Source: Abditibacteriaceae bacterium (GTDB taxonomy: Bacteria > Armatimonadota > Abditibacteriia > Abditibacteriales > Abditibacteriaceae). Taken from it: a stretch of 51,542 nucleotides of DNA. The stretch lies in the NCBI GenBank assembly GCA_031372065.1, contig JANMKN010000255.1:1-51542 (forward strand), given 5' to 3'. The notes below the pieces were generated by a model that was given only the letters and a program-made list of their open reading frames with translations, was not told the origin of the DNA and did no database searches. This document shows positions 47,151-51,542 of the stretch, in pieces; the first letter of the stretch is position 1, and every line of letters starts with the position of its first letter. The translations under genes were made by a program, and so were the position numbers.

Positions 47151-47762
47151 ATAGACGTTTTACGCATCATTGACGAATTGGAACAACTGGTTCAGGACAG
47201 CAAGTCGTTTTTGGGAAAAGTGGTAGTTCCCGAAGACGAATTTTACATCCAGATCACCAAACTGAAAAAAGCGCTGCCTAAAGACATTCAGAAGGCTACA
47301 GAAGTCACGGCAAAAAGCGAGCGCGTGCTTAGTGGCGCGCAAACCGAAGCCAATCGTTTGGTGTCGGACGCGCAGGCCGAAGCCAATCGCCTCACGTCCG
47401 AATCGCAGGGCGAGGCCAAGCGTTTGGTGGAAGACGCGCGCAGCGAAGCGGATCGCTTGCGGCAGGACGGACGCAATCACGCGGATCGTATCGTGGAAGA
47501 CGCGCGCCGCGAAGCCGAACGCATCGTTTCGGATGCCCAACAACACGCCGAACAACTGATTGCCGAAGATTCCATCATGCAACGCGCGCAAGAAGCCGCT
47601 ACGACGCTTTATGAGCAAGCGCAGCGCGAAACCACTGACATGAGGCAGCACGCCGACCAATATGCCTACGAAGTCTTAGATCGCGCGGGCAACGTGCTGG
47701 GCAAACTGGCCCAAGGCGTCGAATCCGGCAAAGAACACCTGCGCCAGATGCAACAGCAGTAG
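47151..47762 (+). CDS. Coiled-coil ATP synthase subunit b/DivIVA-like protein (type often found after rsmD-coaD); probable ATA start
   Basis: AAGGAGG at 47137-47143, 7 nt before in-frame ATA; reads (M)DVLRIIDELEQLV...LPKDIQKA followed by 11-residue EA.RLV.DA repeats and ADQYA.EVL. Confidence 0.7.
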   Translation: MDVLRIIDELEQLVQDSKSFLGKVVVPEDEFYIQITKLKKALPKDIQKATEVTAKSERVLSGAQTEANRLVSDAQAEANRLTSESQGEAKRLVEDARSEADRLRQDGRNHADRIVEDARREAERIVSDAQQHAEQLIAEDSIMQRAQEAATTLYEQAQRETTDMRQHADQYAYEVLDRAGNVLGKLAQGVESGKEHLRQMQQQ

Positions 47763-47791
47763 TCAGAGTTCGGTGGTCAGTAGTCAGTTTT
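47757..47791. repeat. Short heptamer tandem repeat (five copies, CAGTAGT-like)
   Basis: cagtagt cagagtt cggtggt cagtagt cagtttt, overlapping the stop codon. Confidence 0.5.
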
Positions 47792-47799
47792 CGAAAATG

Positions 47800-47831
47800 A
47801 GACCCGCCTTGCGTTTTGCGAGGCGGGTTTT
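47800..47831 (+). terminator. Rho-independent terminator
   Basis: acccgccttgc...gcgaggcgggt stem followed by T residues. Confidence 0.65.
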
Positions 47832-47920
47832 GGCGTTCGGAGCAGCGAAAAGGACACGGCAATTTTGTAAAATGCGCGCAAAACACGCAAAATAAATAGT
47901 GATTTGCCTTTTTAATTTTC

Positions 47921-49366
47921 ATGCCTAATCCGCGTTTTCATCCTTTTGTGCGTTTGCTGTTGTGCGCTTTTGCGGTCATTGTGTGCGCCACGCTCGCCGT
48001 GACATTTGTTATGGGCGTGTTGGCGGGCGTCGGGCTGATTGTCCTGCCGACCTCTGGCTCCTCGCTGGGCGCGCTGACGACTTCAACGCGTTTTTCAGCG
48101 GCAATGTTAGTGGCTCAGTCGCCGGCCATTATCGCGGCGGTGGTTTTGTGCCGCCGCCTTTTAGATTCACGCTCTTTTGCCTCATTGGGCTTGCGAATGC
48201 GCCAAGTGCCGCAGTTTTTCAGCGGCGCGTTTTGCGGTTTGCTGGCGATTAGTTTTGTCTTCGGCTTGCTGTGGATTGGCGGTCAGGTGCAAGTGACGGG
48301 ACTTTCGGCACGCGCCATAGAAATCGGGCCCAATGGCCTTGCCTTGCGGTTTCTGTTTTGGGCTGTGGCGATGTTGGGTGTTGGCCTCGCCGAAGAAACA
48401 CTTTTTCGCGGTTACTTGCTGCACAATGTAAGCGCGTGGCTGGGCAGCGATAAAACCGGACTCGGCGCGGCGGCGATTCTTCAAGCGCTTTTATTTGGCC
48501 TGATTCACATGGGAAACTTGCCCGCCGAAAAAGCGACTTACGCGTTGCAAGCGTTGCCGAATTTGATTTTAATCGGCCTTTTCTTCGCGCTCTGCGCTTT
48601 TAAAACCGGTAGTTTATGGTTTCCGATTGGTTTTCATGCGGCGTGGAATTTTTTGCTCGGCAGTGTGTTCTCGCTGCCTGTCAGCGGCCTTGCGACGTTT
48701 CGCTTGTTGCAAACCGAAGTTTCCGGCTCGCGTTGGCTGACCGGCGGCGCGTTTGGCGCCGAAGGCAGCCTTTTGCTCACGGTTATCATCATCGCGATGA
48801 TTTATGTCATCCGGCAGGCGCCCGATCATCCTCAATTTATAGGCGACATCGCCCGTTTGCAGCCCGCCTATGAACCCGACGAAATCGAAGTCGCCAGCCG
48901 CGCGCCGGGCTTGCGCGAACGCAAAGAACTGCGCCGCGCGCAAACACAAACCTCGACCTCTTTTGAAGGCTGGAACGATCTCGCGCCGCCGCAACGCCAG
49001 CGTTATACGACGTATCAACCGCAACTGCCAACAGCGCAAACAGCGCCCGATTCCAACGCGTTTCCCGCCAGCGCCTTTGCCGAAAACGCGTCGCTGGAAA
49101 CCGTTCCTGTTTCGTCAGCGCCCCCGACACCCGCCGAATTCGCTGATTATCGTCCGTCAGCGCCAATTTCCCAACCGGCGCCCGATTTCGCCGAATTAGT
49201 GCCGCCCATAGCGGAATCAAGGCCCGAAACGCCCATCGAAACGCCCGTAAATACGGCTTCCGAAGCGCCAAGGGCGCCCACTCCGATTGCCGCGCCGCCT
49301 GCGTCTGTGCCTTCCGCAGCGCCGCCCACGCCGCCTGTTAAAAAGCCACCGGCGCCGCGCTGGTAG
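47921..49366 (+). CDS. CPBP (CAAX/Abi) family intramembrane glutamic protease with Pro-rich cytoplasmic tail
   Basis: EETLFRGY, FGLIH, GSLWFPIGFHAAWN, LTGGAFGAEGS. Confidence 0.9.
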   Translation: MPNPRFHPFVRLLLCAFAVIVCATLAVTFVMGVLAGVGLIVLPTSGSSLGALTTSTRFSAAMLVAQSPAIIAAVVLCRRLLDSRSFASLGLRMRQVPQFFSGAFCGLLAISFVFGLLWIGGQVQVTGLSARAIEIGPNGLALRFLFWAVAMLGVGLAEETLFRGYLLHNVSAWLGSDKTGLGAAAILQALLFGLIHMGNLPAEKATYALQALPNLILIGLFFALCAFKTGSLWFPIGFHAAWNFLLGSVFSLPVSGLATFRLLQTEVSGSRWLTGGAFGAEGSLLLTVIIIAMIYVIRQAPDHPQFIGDIARLQPAYEPDEIEVASRAPGLRERKELRRAQTQTSTSFEGWNDLAPPQRQRYTTYQPQLPTAQTAPDSNAFPASAFAENASLETVPVSSAPPTPAEFADYRPSAPISQPAPDFAELVPPIAESRPETPIETPVNTASEAPRAPTPIAAPPASVPSAAPPTPPVKKPPAPRW

Positions 49367-49582
49367 ACTTTTGCTTCGAATGTAGGGACAGGTCTGCTGT
49401 GTCCATATTTGTGGTCACTATTGCGCGGTGCTGTGTAAATTTTCACACCGAACATTAGCTTTGCGAAGGCAAACGCGAAAGACTCCTCGGCATCGCCACC
49501 TGCGCCGCTGTTTTGAATTTGAATATCTGAGTGTGATAACATAGACCGCAAATAAAGAATTCAATCGAAGGGCCTAAAGTTA

Positions 49583-51448
49583 ATGTCTACTGAATCTACC
49601 AACGCTTCCTACTCTGATTACATTTTTCGATCTGGAAACACAACAGACTCTATTCCGGTTGACCGACTGAATCGGGAGCCTTTGGCGGCACAACTCGCAC
49701 TAACTCTTTGCCATCAGGGTAAAGAACCGCTTGTTTTAGCCATTTCTGGTGAGTGGGGAAGTGGGAAATCGTGGGTTATTGCGCGAGTGCGTGAACTCTT
49801 AAACAAATCTACGGTTCAAGAACAAAGTAGTGACTCATCTGAAAAGCGGCCTTACTGCATTGAGTTCAAACCATGGGAATGGAGTGGGACGGATTCACTG
49901 GTGACGCAGTTTTTCGACCAACTGGGCGAAGCGGTGCAAAAAGTCACCGAGGAACCCACCAAAGAGTCGGCGTTCACCCAATTTCTTATTCGGTGGCATC
50001 TCAAACCCAAAAAGAGTCTTACTCACGAAAGACTAAATGCTTATGCTGCTTGGTTGACGGCTCATGCGACGGTGATTGGTGGCTACAACAAACTCATCTT
50101 GGGATTGAGTGGTTTTTCTGCATTATTAGCAGTATCTGAATGGTTTCGCGAGCCGGATTGGTTTCCTTTAGTGACTTCGGCGCTTTTAGCAGCTATCGCT
50201 TTTTTGAGTGGCTTGACGGTGTGGATAAGCGATGTTTTTTCTAAACAAGCCGAAGCCACAAAGAAATTCAGCGAAGCTAATAAGAAATCACCGCGTGCCC
50301 TGAAAACCGAATTAATAACAAGCCTCGAAAAGTTACCTCGCCCGATTTTGGTTGTCATGGACGACCTTGACCGCCTCACCGCAGACGAGGTAGCAAGTGT
50401 GTTTCAACTTGTTAAAGCACAGGCCGATTTCCCCAACGTTTACTATCTTCTGGCTTTTGACCGCCACTTGGTATCTGTCGCCTTAGAGAGAGTCGCGCCC
50501 GGTGTGCCGGGAAATGGATTGCCCAAGAATTCAGGACATAAATTCTTGGAGAAAATCGTTCCCGTTATTTTCGATTTACCATCCATTGAACCGGCCCGTT
50601 TGAAGGACATTTTATGCCGTGATTTGGAGGAAATCCTGCACATCTCTCTGCGCGATAGTCCACGTTGGAACGATCTGTGGGAAAACGGTTTGAACCAATT
50701 TTTCCGTTCAATAAGAGATGTTGAACGCTTTGTCAATTGCTTACAGTTCAACGCTTTGTTGTTAGGCGGTAAGGAGATAGAAGTAGACGCGCTTGATTTG
50801 GCCGTTGTGGAAACTTTGCGCCTTTTCGAGCCGAATGTGGTTGAGCGTCTGGCACAAAGTTGTGATTTAGTAACTAAATCCTCACCAGACCGCGACATTA
50901 AAAGGAGGACAGTTGAGATGACACGCGGCCAAGAGGCTGCATTGAAATGGGATGAAAGAGAAAAAGAAATATTGAAAGAGCATCTCTATGCAATGGCGCT
51001 TAATTCAGAGGGCACGCGTCTACTTCTACGCCATTTATTCCCTGATATTGAGGAGTTTCTCCGCGCTAATGGTGAATCCCGCATTCTACCGTGGCGTGCA
51101 TATCCCAGCTATGCCCCGCGCATTTCAAATCCGACCTTTTTTTCGCGCTTCTTTCGCTACTCCATTGGCCCAGACGAATGGTCTCAATCTGAAGTCACTG
51201 AACTTATGAAGAAAGCAGAAGATAGTGCTGCGTTTACCGAACACATCCAATCTATCATTGATGGCAAGTTGGCGCCCCGCCAACAAAATGAGATGCTCTC
51301 AAGCCGCGAATCTAATGATTCGAGTGCTATAGTGCGGAAGAATTGGCGCAGAGCGACAGAATTGTGTAATTTGGTGGGGCAAAGGATATTCCATAGTCCT
51401 GAAGGGCTTTGTTGCATGAATGCAAAAAGTGGTCGTGATTTGTCCTAA
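49583..51448 (+). CDS. KAP family P-loop NTPase, probably C-terminally truncated by an IS
   Basis: DRLNR, GEWGSGKS Walker A, FKPW, two TM inserts, VMDDLDRL Walker B, FLEKIV, RDVERFVN; lower GC; the last ~14 codons lie in the IS end. Confidence 0.88.
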   Translation: MSTESTNASYSDYIFRSGNTTDSIPVDRLNREPLAAQLALTLCHQGKEPLVLAISGEWGSGKSWVIARVRELLNKSTVQEQSSDSSEKRPYCIEFKPWEWSGTDSLVTQFFDQLGEAVQKVTEEPTKESAFTQFLIRWHLKPKKSLTHERLNAYAAWLTAHATVIGGYNKLILGLSGFSALLAVSEWFREPDWFPLVTSALLAAIAFLSGLTVWISDVFSKQAEATKKFSEANKKSPRALKTELITSLEKLPRPILVVMDDLDRLTADEVASVFQLVKAQADFPNVYYLLAFDRHLVSVALERVAPGVPGNGLPKNSGHKFLEKIVPVIFDLPSIEPARLKDILCRDLEEILHISLRDSPRWNDLWENGLNQFFRSIRDVERFVNCLQFNALLLGGKEIEVDALDLAVVETLRLFEPNVVERLAQSCDLVTKSSPDRDIKRRTVEMTRGQEAALKWDEREKEILKEHLYAMALNSEGTRLLLRHLFPDIEEFLRANGESRILPWRAYPSYAPRISNPTFFSRFFRYSIGPDEWSQSEVTELMKKAEDSAAFTEHIQSIIDGKLAPRQQNEMLSSRESNDSSAIVRKNWRRATELCNLVGQRIFHSPEGLCCMNAKSGRDLS

Positions 51449-51542
51449 CGGCCCCGTCGGGGCGGTTCAGACTGCATAACTGTCCGGCATTCCCAGACTG
51501 GTCATCTGGTTTAAGACAGCGCAGCGGATGAACGACTCAGTG
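51405..51542 (-). mobile_element. Right end of an IS5-family, IS903-group insertion sequence (continues past the window)
   Basis: GGCTTTGTTGCATGAAT resembles the IS903 terminal repeat GGCTTTGTTGAATAAAT; adjacent transposase C-terminus. Confidence 0.85.
51467..51542 (-). CDS. IS903-group transposase, C-terminal 24 residues (partial)
   Basis: Minus strand reads TESFIRCAVLNQMTSLGMPDSYAV*, with the LN.MT.LGMP.S tail typical of this group. Confidence 0.8.
   Translation of the reverse strand, partial: TESFIRCAVLNQMTSLGMPDSYAV

Noticed and set aside
49381..49405. GTAG-type REP remnant (gtagggacaggtctgctgtgtcc)
   Set aside because: Single, short and degenerate, with no partner copy in the window
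1..51542. tRNA, rRNA, prophage, integrase or reverse transcriptase genes
   Set aside because: None recognised by eye; an RT that might generate the arrays is not encoded in this window

Overview
Bacterial chromosomal window of moderately high GC. Gene content suggests a soil or aquatic heterotroph, possibly Armatimonadota/Abditibacteriota-like (inference only). Housekeeping and metabolic genes: class A PBP, two Gfo/Idh/MocA oxidoreductases, a Trm112-methyltransferase fusion, a UPF0182 protein, cysH, ftsY, a TrmH-family enzyme, rsmD, an SDR, a metallophosphoesterase and a CPBP protease. Glycan and PVC-type genes: a DUF1549/DUF1553 + DUF1501 pair, a sulfatase and two large multi-domain glycoside hydrolase-like proteins. 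Defence-type genes: an amino-DNA methyltransferase with a separate PD-(D/E)XK-like partner, McrBC, a KAP NTPase cut by an IS903-group element at the right edge, and an orphan immunity-like gene. The most unusual signal is four sequence-unrelated intergenic arrays on a ~21-bp period (2.85, 10.2, 28.2 and 45.8 kb). Two are head-to-tail mosaics of ~14 units and two are palindromic lattices; three abut foreign-looking DNA. Other finds not in the ORF track: an identical 16-bp motif centred at about -41.5 in two distant promoters, a probable ATA start codon, a stranded kdpB fragment, and stripped-down paralogues (Clp N-domain/UVR without ATPase, UxaE-like without its conserved motifs). All family assignments come from motif recognition by eye, not database searches.
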